Positions 42,295-52,227 of a DNA stretch of 64,000 bases are shown piece by piece; the first letter of the stretch is position 1; each line of letters starts with the position of its first letter. The notes beneath the pieces are model-generated. The model was not told where the DNA came from. It ran no database searches and saw only the letters and a list, made by a program, of their open reading frames with translations. A program made the translations under genes and the position numbers. Source of the stretch: Synechococcus sp. GTDB taxonomy: Bacteria > Cyanobacteriota > Cyanobacteriia > PCC-6307 > Cyanobiaceae. The DNA is taken from assembly GCA_047285805.1 (NCBI GenBank), contig JBJBCN010000003.1, positions 64,001 to 128,000 on the forward strand, given 5' to 3'.

Positions 42295-43275
42295 ATGACA
42301 AGAGAGGCGGACCAACCGGGTATCGGGGTTGGCACCTGGGCCTGGGGGAACCAGTTCCTCTGGGGCTATGACCCCAAGCGGGACGACGACCTGTTGGAGC
42401 AAACCTTCCGGCGCTGCCTCGAACTGGACTTTCACTTCTTTGACACCGCGGACTCCTATGGAACTGGGCGCCTGAACGGCCGCAGCGAAGAGCTGCTGGG
42501 GCGATTCGCCCTGCAGGCCAGCCCCAGCCAGCGGGAACAGCTCTGCCTGGCAACCAAATTGGCCCCCTTCCCCTGGCGCCTTGGCCGGAGGGGCTACACG
42601 AAAGCTTTTGCCGCCTCCCAGCGGCGCCTGCAGGGGCAGATGAAACGGGTGCAGCTCCACTGGAGCACCGCGCGGTACGCCCCCTGGCAGGAGCCGGCTC
42701 TCATTGATGGCTTGGCGGATCTAGTGGAAAGCGAAGCGGTCGCCAGCCTGGGGCTCTCGAACATGGGCCCCAAGCGCCTGCGCAGCGTGCACCGGAAACT
42801 CCAGGGACGAGGCATCCCCATCAGCAGCCTGCAAGTGCAGTTCTCTCTGCTGGCCCCGCAACCCCTTGAAGACGAAGGCATCGTCTCCACCTGCCGAGAG
42901 CTGGGCATTGACCTAATTGCCTACAGCCCCTTGGCACTTGGGCTCCTGGGCCGCAGCGCGCAGGAGCCCAGACCGACACCAAAAGGGACCCGCGGCAATC
43001 TCTTCCGCCGCCTAGAGACATCCCTGGGGCCCCTCCGCCAAACCATGGCGGAGATTGGCGCGGGGCGGCCCGGAGGGCTTGGGGCTGTCGCCCTGAATTG
43101 GTGCCGGGCCCACGGAGCCATGCCCATCCCGGGCATGCGGACCCCAGAGCAGGTCGAACAAGCGGCGGCGGCACGCAGCTGGAGCCTCACGGAAGGCGAA
43201 CGGACTGCCCTCGATCAGTTGGCCCGTCAGGACGGGGCAGCGCGGATGCCAGCCAATCCCTTCCAGAGCGCCTAG
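42295..43275 (+). CDS. Aldo/keto reductase
   Basis: GVGTWAWG, FDTADSYG, ATK, QLHW, IAYSPLALG. Confidence 0.9.
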   Translation: MTREADQPGIGVGTWAWGNQFLWGYDPKRDDDLLEQTFRRCLELDFHFFDTADSYGTGRLNGRSEELLGRFALQASPSQREQLCLATKLAPFPWRLGRRGYTKAFAASQRRLQGQMKRVQLHWSTARYAPWQEPALIDGLADLVESEAVASLGLSNMGPKRLRSVHRKLQGRGIPISSLQVQFSLLAPQPLEDEGIVSTCRELGIDLIAYSPLALGLLGRSAQEPRPTPKGTRGNLFRRLETSLGPLRQTMAEIGAGRPGGLGAVALNWCRAHGAMPIPGMRTPEQVEQAAAARSWSLTEGERTALDQLARQDGAARMPANPFQSA

Positions 43276-43278
43276 CAA

Positions 43279-43980
43279 TCAGTCGCCGCCCATCTCGGGA
43301 GACGGATCTGGAGTCAACACGACGGTCATCTGTTCCCGCTCAGGGGGCTGAGGGGTCTCAATGCGGCGGACCATGGGCACGACACGGGCCCGGGGGGGCT
43401 CAGGAGAAACGGGCTCAGGATGCTGGGGGTGGATCTCCTCGGCCGGCTCACTCGTACCTTCGTCACAGGCGCAGAGGGCCTCCTGCAACAGCGAGTCGAA
43501 GGTGGCACCGGGCAGACGGTGCCGGGCGATTTCTAGGAAGGCGCGGGCCAAGGATTCACCAGCGGCCGCCTTCAAGGCGGGATTGGTCCGGCGCTGCTCC
43601 TGCTCCTCTTCAACCGCGCGGATAAAGCGCTCGGTGACGTCCCGCTTGGTGGCCGCTCGGATGCGCGTCTCCTGCTCCTGGGGGTTGAGGCTGAGCTGTT
43701 GCTCGAGCTCCTCAAGGCGGCGGCAGAGGCTCTCCATCACCTCCTTCGCTTCCTTGCCCACATGGGCGAGCTGGCCATCGGAGAGGCGCGGCAGGTCGGC
43801 GACGAACACCTTGCCGTGGTCCCTCAGGGCCAAGAAAGTGGGCCGGACGTTGCTGCGACCGGAGTAGGGCTCGCGGCGCAGGGGACGATTAGGAGCTACT
43901 GGGCCCGCGGAGCTGCGGCGTCGGGTGGTCCGCCCGGAATTACTTACAAAAGCAGAAGAAGATTGCGCGTTGAAAGACAT
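43279..43980 (-). CDS. Conserved picocyanobacterial coiled-coil hypothetical protein
   Basis: RPTFLALRDHGKVFVADLPRLSDGQL; host-like codon usage. Confidence 0.7.
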   Translation of the reverse strand: MSFNAQSSSAFVSNSGRTTRRRSSAGPVAPNRPLRREPYSGRSNVRPTFLALRDHGKVFVADLPRLSDGQLAHVGKEAKEVMESLCRRLEELEQQLSLNPQEQETRIRAATKRDVTERFIRAVEEEQEQRRTNPALKAAAGESLARAFLEIARHRLPGATFDSLLQEALCACDEGTSEPAEEIHPQHPEPVSPEPPRARVVPMVRRIETPQPPEREQMTVVLTPDPSPEMGGD

Positions 43981-44156
43981 CTCAAACAACCCTATAAACA
44001 ACAGAACCTTGAACAGAAAGAAATCTGAACAACGGCCAATAGAACTGAATTACGGAACAACCACAAAACAGCTTGCGCGGAACTTAGGCAACAACTCAGG
44101 AGAAGGTGCCTTGATCTTGCGTGACTGAAGCAATTTGGCAGGTCTAGACCGCCGCT

Positions 44157-45191
44157 TCAGTACGGCAAACCCGCCAACGGCTCAGCGCCGGCCTCACCGG
44201 CTTCCACGGTGCCCAGCAACCAGGCACGGTGACCCACCTCGTGACATACGGCCATGGCGCGCTCTGCCTGAGCCTCAGGCAGCACCAGAGCCAAGCCCAC
44301 CCCGAGATTGAAGGTGTTCCAGAGATCCCGCTCCGGCACTTCACCCTTCTCCTGCAACCAACGGAAGAGCGCGGGACGCTCCCAGCTGCTTGGGTCAATA
44401 CAGCCATGGACACCAGCGGGCAGCGTCCGCGGCAGATTCTCGGGCAGACCGCCACCGGTGATGTGGGCCATCCCATGCAGGTTGAGCCCGTCATGCAGCA
44501 GGCGCTGCACCAACGACGGATAGAGCACCGTGGGCTCCAGCAGGGCATCCAGCACGGGCAGCGCCTCCCCCTCGAGCAGCGTGGAGACGGTCACTCCCTG
44601 GGCCTCCAGGATCCGGCGCACCAAGCTGAAGCCATTGCTGTGAACGCCGCTACTGGCCACAGCCACGATGCGATCACCGGCTTGGACGCGGCTGCCATCG
44701 ATCAGCTCGTCTTCATCGACCACCGCCACGCAAAAACCAGCCAGGTCGTAGCGGCCCGGGCCGTAGAACCCCGGCATTTCGGCGGTCTCTCCGCCAAGGA
44801 GGGCGCAGCCGCTCTGGCGACAGCCATCGGCAATGCCCTCCACGACTTCAGCCATGGCCTCGGGCGTGAGCTTGCCGGTGGCGATGTAATCGAGGAAAAA
44901 CAACGGCTGGGCGCCGCTCGTCACCACGTCGTTGACGCACATGGCGACAAGGTCAATGCCGACCCCGTGGTGACGGCCATGGGCCTGGGCTAACTCCAAC
45001 TTTGTGCCCACCCCATCGGTTCCTGAAACCAAGAGGGGCTTCTTGATCCCCTCAGGAATGCGGCAAAGCCCACCAAAGCCCCCCAAGCCGCCCACCACTT
45101 CAGGCCTTCGGGTGGACTCAACACTGGAGCGGATGCGCTCGACAAACGCACGTCCAGCCACCACATCAACGCCAGCGGTGCGGTAGTCCAT
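44157..45191 (-). CDS. purM: Phosphoribosylformylglycinamidine cyclo-ligase
   Basis: [35 protein letters not shown]. Confidence 0.97.
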   Translation of the reverse strand: MDYRTAGVDVVAGRAFVERIRSSVESTRRPEVVGGLGGFGGLCRIPEGIKKPLLVSGTDGVGTKLELAQAHGRHHGVGIDLVAMCVNDVVTSGAQPLFFLDYIATGKLTPEAMAEVVEGIADGCRQSGCALLGGETAEMPGFYGPGRYDLAGFCVAVVDEDELIDGSRVQAGDRIVAVASSGVHSNGFSLVRRILEAQGVTVSTLLEGEALPVLDALLEPTVLYPSLVQRLLHDGLNLHGMAHITGGGLPENLPRTLPAGVHGCIDPSSWERPALFRWLQEKGEVPERDLWNTFNLGVGLALVLPEAQAERAMAVCHEVGHRAWLLGTVEAGEAGAEPLAGLPY

Positions 45192-45578
45192 GCCCTAGAC
45201 GGCCCATCTGTTCTTCTGATACTGCCCCCTCAGCCAACCAAACGCTCCAAAAATTAAGTGGGCAATCCCAAGATTGCACCACACTTCAATCAGCTGAACC
45301 GATCAAAATAATTACCCCCACTAATGCCTGGCTGGCAATTCGTGAGTCCGAAACCCTGCCGGGGAAAGAGTTTCCCGGCACGATTGCCAATCCTGATAAA
45401 TGCAAGCCGGCCAATGTGCCAGAAAACGTTGATGCGACTCCGACTAACTTTCAGCTGACGTTTATGTACCGAGGAACATCTCCGAACATTCGCTACAAAT
45501 ACATCGCGTTTTTGCCGCCCTTGCCATCGCGTTGAAATTCAGCCACTCGACCTCTTGTGACTCGGTGTTCCGGTTCTT

Positions 45579-46064
45579 ATGCGTCGTCTCTTTTTCCTCG
45601 GCGGGTTTGCTCTCCTGCTTTCTGGGAGCAGCAATGCCAATTCATTGCTGGCCACCAAGAACACGGCGATCCCCGAGATCCCCGCGGCGAGGACTGTTGC
45701 TCTGCGAAACGTTGAAACCCCTGGAACGGAGTCCGAAGCCCCGAAGCAGACCGCAGCTCGCATTCGCTCCGTGAGCACCGGCGAAGCCAGCTGGTATGGA
45801 CCGGGCTTCTACGGCAACCGCACCGCCAACGGTGAAGTCTTCCGCCCTGGCACTCTGACGGCGGCCCACCGGACCCTGCCGTTCGGCACCAAGGTGCGTG
45901 TGACCAACCTTTGGAACGGCCGCAGCGCGGTTGTTCGCATCAATGACCGGGGCCCGTTCTACGGCCACCGGGTGATTGACCTGGCCCACGGTGCAGCCAG
46001 CCAGCTCGGCCTGATCTCCAGCGGAATCGCCCAGGTGAAGCTCGAGGTGCTGCAAGCTCAGTAG
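45579..46064 (+). CDS. rlpA: RlpA-family septal ring lytic transglycosylase
   Basis: GEASWYGPGF, TAAHRTLPFGT, RINDRGPF. Confidence 0.92.
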   Translation: MRRLFFLGGFALLLSGSSNANSLLATKNTAIPEIPAARTVALRNVETPGTESEAPKQTAARIRSVSTGEASWYGPGFYGNRTANGEVFRPGTLTAAHRTLPFGTKVRVTNLWNGRSAVVRINDRGPFYGHRVIDLAHGAASQLGLISSGIAQVKLEVLQAQ

Positions 46065-46081
46065 GAATTCGCCCTCTCGCA

Positions 46082-47626
46082 GTGCAGCTGCTGCAAACGC
46101 GCGCCGAGCTGGAGGCCTGGCGCAACAGTTCCGCTGGGCGTCCCCTGCACTGCGTTCCCACGATGGGGGCCTTGCATGGGGGCCACGGCAGCCTCATACA
46201 GCACGCCGGTAGCGCCGCACCTGGAAAAGCCAAGCCCCTGGTGCTCACCAGCGTGTTTGTGAACCCGCTCCAATTTGGGCCCAACGAAGACTTCGCCCTC
46301 TACCCACGCTGCCTGGAGGACGATCTCCAACTCGCCCAAGCGGCAGGCGCCGATGCCCTCTTCGCGCCCAGTGTTGAGGAGATCTATCCCCAAGGCGAGC
46401 GGGAACTCACCCGCATCCACCCTCCACCGTCGCTGCAGGAAGGACTCTGCGGTAGGCACAGGCAGGGCCATTTCGGCGGAGTGGCCACGGTGGTCGTCCG
46501 GCTCCTCGCTCTGATCCGCCCGCAGGTCCTGGTGCTCGGAGAGAAGGACTGGCAACAGTTAGTCATCATGAGACGCGTCATCAGCGACTTGGGCCTCCCG
46601 ATCCAAGTCTTGGGTTGCCCCACCCTGCGGGAGGCCGATGGCCTGGCCATGAGCTCCCGCAATCGCTACCTCTCAACGGAAGAGCGACGGCAGGCTGCCG
46701 TCATGCCCCAAGCGCTGCAGCAAGCAGCCGCCCGCTGCCTGCAGCAGAAGGGCATAGCGCTCGCGCCCCTAGAAGCCGAAGTCCGTCACGCCCTGGAGCG
46801 CGCAGACATGCTGGTGGAGTATGTGGAGGCCGTGAAGCCTCTGTGCCTCCAGGCCCAACCCCGTCTCAGCGGACTCACCTTGCTGGCGGTGGCGGCCCAC
46901 TGCGGCCCAAGCAGACTGATTGACCACGTCTTTCTCATGAGCCGAGCCCCAATCATTGCGATCGATGGACCTGCCGGTGCTGGCAAAAGCACAGTGACCC
47001 GTGCCTTTGCCGAACGGCTCGGATTGATCTATCTGGACACCGGAGCGATGTATCGCGCCGTGACGTGGCTCGTGCAAGAGCGTGGTGTCAAGCCCAGCAG
47101 CGCGGAGGAGGTCGCCCCCCTGCTGGCGGGTCTCGACCTTCAGCTCAGCAGCAGCGCTAACGGCCAACGGGTCAGCGTCAACGGGGTCGATGTGACGCAG
47201 GCCATCCGCTCACCTGAGGTCACCGCCCAGGTGTCCGTGGTCGCGGCCCATGGCTGCGTGCGTGAGGCGCTGACCCTGCAGCAACAGGCCATGGGCGGCC
47301 GTGGTGGCCTGGTAGCGGAAGGACGGGACATCGGGACAGCCGTCTTCCCCGACGCCGAGTTGAAGGTGTTTCTGACAGCCACCGTGAGCGAACGGGCCCG
47401 CCGGAGGGCCCTCGATCTCGAACAGCGTGGTTTCGAGGTGCCGGCGCTGGCCGACCTCGAAGCGCAGATTGCGGAGAGGGACCACCTGGACTCGACTCGG
47501 AGCGTCGCTCCTCTCACCAAAGCGGAGGATGCGGTTGAGCTAACCACGGACGGTATGACTATCGACTCAGTGATTCAGCGACTTGTGGACCTCTTCCGCG
47601 AGAGAGTTCCCCACGACGCTTGGTGA
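46082..47626 (+). CDS. panC-cmk: Bifunctional pantoate-beta-alanine ligase / cytidylate kinase
   Basis: VPTMGALHGGH, GEKDWQQ, AMSSRN; then IAIDGPAGAGKST, EGRDIGT. Confidence 0.95.
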   Translation: MQLLQTRAELEAWRNSSAGRPLHCVPTMGALHGGHGSLIQHAGSAAPGKAKPLVLTSVFVNPLQFGPNEDFALYPRCLEDDLQLAQAAGADALFAPSVEEIYPQGERELTRIHPPPSLQEGLCGRHRQGHFGGVATVVVRLLALIRPQVLVLGEKDWQQLVIMRRVISDLGLPIQVLGCPTLREADGLAMSSRNRYLSTEERRQAAVMPQALQQAAARCLQQKGIALAPLEAEVRHALERADMLVEYVEAVKPLCLQAQPRLSGLTLLAVAAHCGPSRLIDHVFLMSRAPIIAIDGPAGAGKSTVTRAFAERLGLIYLDTGAMYRAVTWLVQERGVKPSSAEEVAPLLAGLDLQLSSSANGQRVSVNGVDVTQAIRSPEVTAQVSVVAAHGCVREALTLQQQAMGGRGGLVAEGRDIGTAVFPDAELKVFLTATVSERARRRALDLEQRGFEVPALADLEAQIAERDHLDSTRSVAPLTKAEDAVELTTDGMTIDSVIQRLVDLFRERVPHDAW

Positions 47627-47695
47627 GCAATAAATCTCTGAACGGAAGCCAAGAAAGCTCCAACCAATGAAAAGCCAAGTAAATGGAAGGCAAAT

Positions 47696-47728
47696 AAAAA
47701 GGCTTGAGTCGGAGTAAGGACTCAAGCC
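47696..47728 (-). terminator. Terminator between panC-cmk and the linker gene
   Basis: GGCTTGAGTC...GACTCAAGCC 10-bp stem with an A5 run on the plus strand. Confidence 0.75.
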
Positions 47729-47765
47729 ATGGACGAAGCCTTAGAAAAGGCAGTAAGAATATGAA

Positions 47766-48626
47766 TCAGGAGCGGTACAAGAACTTGCCGCCATACATGC
47801 GCCTGTAAGCCGCATTGAGAGGATTGCTAACGGCCTTGGTATAAACGAATTCGGTACTGTCGAAGTTGAAGGGAGTAGGGACAAACGCCGCCGTCTTTTT
47901 ATTGAGAACCCTAACAAGCAGGCTTGAGGATTGCATAGCGTTTTCCGAACTTGCATTTGCCGGCGCCAACTCGGCCATGCTAGTGAAAGTAGAGCAATAA
48001 GAACGCGCCTCAGATTTAAATGCACGCAGATAGGGAACAGTATCGAGACCAAAGGTCTCAAGATACTCCTCGGAAGTAACTAAATGATCGACAAATGCGT
48101 CGAAACCGCTGGCAGCAATAGTCTGAATTGCAGAGCTGACTTCCGAGTGACTAATAGGAGGACGGCCAAGGAGATGCTTTACAGTGAGCTCTACACTGCG
48201 CATGGGAGCGACAGAATGGAAGAACTTTTTCTTGTACAGGTCTGACTTAACCAAGCCAGCCATAAAGTCGCGAACTTTAATGCGACCATCCCGCAAAAAA
48301 GCCTCGAGCGAGGTGAGTCGCTCATTAGAAGAAATGCCAATATTTCCAAAGACTTGCTTATAACTCGCAGAAATGGCTGAATTCAGAGCATCCTCACCTG
48401 TTGCAGCATAAGAATGATTAACGGAGGAGAATGGGCACTCTTCGTGAATCCTCGGACCCGTACCAAGCGCCATGGAGCCGCACTGGTGCTCCTTGTATTG
48501 AGCGGGAGTCACAGCTGCCTTGCGACCATTGGAAGCAGCACTTTTGGCAGCATCGTTCGCGTTGGTGTGAGCGAACGAGACACGAGCTTTATCAACGAAG
48601 CTCTGCTTGAACTTGATAGCCGGCAT
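47766..48626 (-). CDS. Phycoerythrin-II-associated rod linker (MpeE/F/G/H-like)
   Basis: PBS linker domain (YKQVFGN, KHLLGRPP, EYLETFGLDTVPY) plus N-terminal HQCGSMALGTGPRIHEECPF segment typical of Mpe linkers. Confidence 0.75.
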   Translation of the reverse strand: MPAIKFKQSFVDKARVSFAHTNANDAAKSAASNGRKAAVTPAQYKEHQCGSMALGTGPRIHEECPFSSVNHSYAATGEDALNSAISASYKQVFGNIGISSNERLTSLEAFLRDGRIKVRDFMAGLVKSDLYKKKFFHSVAPMRSVELTVKHLLGRPPISHSEVSSAIQTIAASGFDAFVDHLVTSEEYLETFGLDTVPYLRAFKSEARSYCSTFTSMAELAPANASSENAMQSSSLLVRVLNKKTAAFVPTPFNFDSTEFVYTKAVSNPLNAAYRRMYGGKFLYRS

Positions 48627-48960
48627 GGTGTGCTTGGGGGGGGTAGGTTGAGTATGGTTTTAGTTCTAGGACATATCGGGCCGCATGGATAAGAAGTGAC
48701 GCCGAAGTTCAAACAAATTTAGACTGAGCCGACCAATGGGCTCACAAAGCAGTTACTGCAATGGATCTCGAGATCAGGGAGGGGTGAGGGACAACAGAAA
48801 GAAGCCACACCGTCAGCCCGGAAGGGGCTCGGCAATGAGGTGACGAGAAGCGGGGCTCCCTCATGCGCGCCCGAGATAGAGCATTGATTGCTTTTTATAG
48901 GTAGAAACCTGAAGCATATAGATAGATGAAAACCCAAAAGGGTACTGAGCGGGGACTTGA

Positions 48961-49434
48961 TTAAGTAAGAGAGTCCAATAATCCACGACAAGAATCATCT
49001 AACAGGTCAAGAACATATTCAAAGCCCCTGGGTCCGCCATAGTAGGGATCAGGAATATCTAGCTCATTGAAACTCCTTCGATAGTTTGTTATAGGTTCTA
49101 CAGATGCAAGACTTGGCTCATCAGATAGACGAGCAACCATAGACTTTACAGAACGGGTATTTTGAGAATCCATCGTAATAACCTTGTCGAAGGCTATCAG
49201 GTCAGAAGGCTGTATCTGACGGGCAAGACTTGGCAGATGAATACCTCGTCTCTCGGCGGCGGCTACCATTCGATGATCTGGCTGGCTACCAACATGCCAC
49301 CCTCCAGTTCCAGCGCTATCAATAAAGAATCTGTCGGCTAGACCTTGTTGAAGAATCAAGTTCAGAAAAATTCCTTCGGCTGCAGGTGATCGACAGATAT
49401 TGCCTAGGCAGACGAACAATAAGCGATTTGTCAT
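48961..49434 (-). CDS. ptpA: Low-molecular-weight protein-tyrosine phosphatase
   Basis: VCLGNICRSP and DPYYG; usual 3' marker of the PBS rod region. Confidence 0.93.
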   Translation of the reverse strand: MTNRLLFVCLGNICRSPAAEGIFLNLILQQGLADRFFIDSAGTGGWHVGSQPDHRMVAAAERRGIHLPSLARQIQPSDLIAFDKVITMDSQNTRSVKSMVARLSDEPSLASVEPITNYRRSFNELDIPDPYYGGPRGFEYVLDLLDDSCRGLLDSLT

Positions 49435-50063
49435 GCCCCATTCAATCGCTGGATGGCAATGCTAGCTCGATCTCTGAGAATAGCTGGAGTATCAGTAAGG
49501 CTTAACATCTTGGTCAGAGCATCCAAACCCTGCGCTTGATTAATATGTTGAATCAAGCGCCGCTCAAGACCAACACAAGCTGCGTAGCGGACACTCCACT
49601 CAGAGTCAAAGCTTGCGAGTGACAATGAGTGAATGCATTTCTCAAACTGACTCTCAGCAATGGCGGGAACACTAGAGAGAACCATGACTCCAAGCCCCTT
49701 AGCCGCAGCATAACGGACACTAGGACCTATATCGTTAAGCAACACATAGGAAAGAAGTTCTAAAGCCCGTGAATCTCTAATTTGGGCCAATGCACGGACG
49801 CACCAAGCTCTAGCGGAATAATTGTCTGGATCAAGATGCTCTAATACAAGGGGAACAGCGTCAGGGCCAATGTTAATAATTCCACGAGTAGCCACTTGGG
49901 CTAAAAGTGGGTTATTGAACCCCAAAACCTCAATGAGCTTTGGTACAGCATGCAGATCAACGAGGTCCGCTAAAGCCTGAACGGTTAACAAGAGCTCGTC
50001 GCGACTCAATGCTCTATCGACCGCATCGATCGCCTTCTGAAGGGACGGCCCACAGGTCACCAT
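49431..50063 (-). CDS. rpcF: Phycocyanin alpha-subunit lyase, F subunit (CpcF/RpcF)
   Basis: EVLGFNNP, NYSARAW, PSVRYAAAKGLG, EWSVRYA HEAT repeats. Confidence 0.85.
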   Translation of the reverse strand: MVTCGPSLQKAIDAVDRALSRDELLLTVQALADLVDLHAVPKLIEVLGFNNPLLAQVATRGIINIGPDAVPLVLEHLDPDNYSARAWCVRALAQIRDSRALELLSYVLLNDIGPSVRYAAAKGLGVMVLSSVPAIAESQFEKCIHSLSLASFDSEWSVRYAACVGLERRLIQHINQAQGLDALTKMLSLTDTPAILRDRASIAIQRLNGA

Positions 50064-50851
50064 AACTCGTCCATATACTCAAGAATCACGGACTTAGCAA
50101 AAGCATCTGTTACGTCAGAGTTTTTTAATCCACATGGATCATCATAGATCCCCCTCAATGCAATCATTTTGATACTAGTTTCTACAGAAGCCTGTGAAAT
50201 CGATTCAGCGAAGGGGTACCATCCAGAACAACCCATATCAAGGATCACACTCCGCCTAATCTGGATAAAGGGATTGTCATATAGTTCAAGAAGTAAGTTC
50301 GCCCAAACAGGGTCTTCTGTCAATCTAAGCAAGGAGCGTGAAGAGGCAGAACGAACAAGAGTATCCCCACATTCGGAATATCTACTAAGCATATGGATTA
50401 CATGATCGCTTGGATTTCGGAAATCACCTAAGGCCTCAAGACAGGCCTCCAACATTTTGTTACTAAGTCTAGATCCGTCTTCAAGAAAACCAAGAATGAT
50501 AGAGGTTGCCTCAAGCAAACGCGAAGAAGCAACCACTCGGACAGCCTCAACGGCAACATCTTGATCACCACATAATAGGCAAGCGAATACATGCTCTCTC
50601 AACTTGTCAGCGTCTAGATATACAAGTGCTCTGAGAATATTCAGGACAAGGTCTCTGCTTGCAACTGGCCTACTCGGCGATTCAAGGTATTCCCGCAGAT
50701 GTTCGCTAAATAGCTTAATAGTAACTGGACTTTTACTCCGTTCTCGCCCCAACCACCAAGCTGCATAATAGCGAGACGAGGAATCTTCACGTTGCTCTAA
50801 AAGCCTAAGAGCCTGGGCTTCATCAATAGGAGGTAGTGATGATGGTTGCAT
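50057..50851 (-). CDS. rpcE: Phycocyanin alpha-subunit lyase, E subunit (CpcE/RpcE)
   Basis: SRYYAAWWLG, RRSVILDMG, ETSIKMIAL. Confidence 0.85.
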   Translation of the reverse strand: MQPSSLPPIDEAQALRLLEQREDSSSRYYAAWWLGRERSKSPVTIKLFSEHLREYLESPSRPVASRDLVLNILRALVYLDADKLREHVFACLLCGDQDVAVEAVRVVASSRLLEATSIILGFLEDGSRLSNKMLEACLEALGDFRNPSDHVIHMLSRYSECGDTLVRSASSRSLLRLTEDPVWANLLLELYDNPFIQIRRSVILDMGCSGWYPFAESISQASVETSIKMIALRGIYDDPCGLKNSDVTDAFAKSVILEYMDELW

Positions 50852-50866
50852 CCGAATTATATGGAC

Positions 50867-50895
50867 AAAAAAAGAGCCCCCGTAGACGGGAGCTC
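50867..50895 (-). terminator. Terminator after the phycocyanin operon
   Basis: GAGCCCCCG...CGGGAGCTC imperfect stem with an A7 run on the plus strand. Confidence 0.7.
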
Positions 50896-50914
50896 CTGAG
50901 ATGGCTGTCGGGTA

Positions 50915-51403
50915 TCAGACCAGAGCATTAATGGCGTAATCCAGATAAGAGTTTGCCTCACCTGCAGCTTCACCACTTAGACCATGGTTAGCTTTAATGT
51001 ACTTAAGAGCTTCAACATACCAAGACGGGGAAAGCTCAAAAGTACGGTTGATCTCATCAAGACCAGCCAAGAGGTAGTCATCCATTGGACCGGTGCCACC
51101 TGCAACCAAGCAGTAGGTCACCATGCGGAGGTAGTAGCCGACGTCACGAGTACACTTCGCTTTGCCCTCAGGGGTCGCAGCGTATGCTGCACCTTGCATT
51201 TGGGTGGTGTAGGGGAACTTGCTATAAACAGCCTGAGCAGCTCCTGCGACCAAGGAATCAGCTTTCGATGTCAGGGACTTGGCAGCCTCAAGGGACGCCT
51301 TTGCACGGTTGAAGCGTCCAAAAGCTGCCTGGTTTTCAGTGTTGCTGAGAAAGCGACCCTGAGAATCGGCGGCAGCTACAGCTTCAGTAAGAGGGGTCTT
51401 CAT
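50915..51403 (-). CDS. rpcA: Phycocyanin alpha subunit (R-PC-like)
   Basis: [20 protein letters not shown]; Cys84 in AKCTRD. Confidence 0.95.
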   Translation of the reverse strand: MKTPLTEAVAAADSQGRFLSNTENQAAFGRFNRAKASLEAAKSLTSKADSLVAGAAQAVYSKFPYTTQMQGAAYAATPEGKAKCTRDVGYYLRMVTYCLVAGGTGPMDDYLLAGLDEINRTFELSPSWYVEALKYIKANHGLSGEAAGEANSYLDYAINALV

Positions 51404-51444
51404 GACTTAAAGGACGAGTGTGATTAAGAAAGACTTGTGGCAGA

Positions 51445-51963
51445 TCAAGCAACAGCAGCAGCGGCTCTATCGAAATAGGTGCCGATTTCACTGGCGAGTG
51501 CAGCACAATCGCCCTGGGTGATGCCCCCCTTGTCATTGACCAGAGAAAGGGCAGCATCCTTCATAAGATTTACGCCTGCTGCAACAGACGAACCAGGAGT
51601 ACCTAGAGCCAGATAGGTCTCGCGAAGACCATTGAGGCAACGATCTTCCATAACCGAAGCGTCACCAGTAAAGATCGCGTAGGTGACGTAACGGAGAATG
51701 ATCTCCATGTCCCGCAGGCATGCGGCCATGCGACGGGAGGTGTAAGCATTCCCACCTGGGGCGATCAGAGCGGGTTGGGAGGCGAAAAGCTGGCGAGCAG
51801 CAGCAGAGACGATTGCTGAGGCGTTGCTGCTGATGCGGTTGACAGCATCGAGGCGCTTGTTGCTGTCGGCAACCATTGCCGCCAGAGCGTCGAGCTCGCC
51901 TGTGCCGATGAACTGGCCTCGGGCATCTGCCTGGGCGACAACCTTGGTGAAGGCGTCGAACAT
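51445..51963 (-). CDS. rpcB: Phycocyanin beta subunit (R-PC-like)
   Basis: [13 protein letters not shown]; Cys82 in AACLRD; Cys153 in GDC. Confidence 0.95.
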   Translation of the reverse strand: MFDAFTKVVAQADARGQFIGTGELDALAAMVADSNKRLDAVNRISSNASAIVSAAARQLFASQPALIAPGGNAYTSRRMAACLRDMEIILRYVTYAIFTGDASVMEDRCLNGLRETYLALGTPGSSVAAGVNLMKDAALSLVNDKGGITQGDCAALASEIGTYFDRAAAAVA

Positions 51964-52227
51964 GAGTTAACTCCTTTGGGCTTCGTCTGAGGGAGGGAGA
52001 CTGCAGACGGATGGATGGGGTCTGCCGGGAGGCATGCCGCATCCCGTCTGAATGATTGTCGCCACGGGCCAGTGCTGCCCTGGGCTTGCGTTCATAATGT
52101 TTAATCAGTGTTGAGGAGCCTGTCAGGAGCAGCAGCAGGGCATCTCCGGTTTGAAGGGCTCAAGGGGTAAGTCACTTTTGGCGCGCTCAGCTCCTACGGT
52201 CATCGAGCCTTTGATCTAGAGACTCCT

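Noticed and set aside
194..47547. Many long antisense or alternate-frame ORFs (e.g. 5403-6497, 14160-15554, 16660-18381, 32233-33603)
   Set aside because: Shadows of real genes in GC-rich DNA; no recognisable motifs
46082..47626. panC-cmk fusion
   Set aside because: Well-known cyanobacterial fusion
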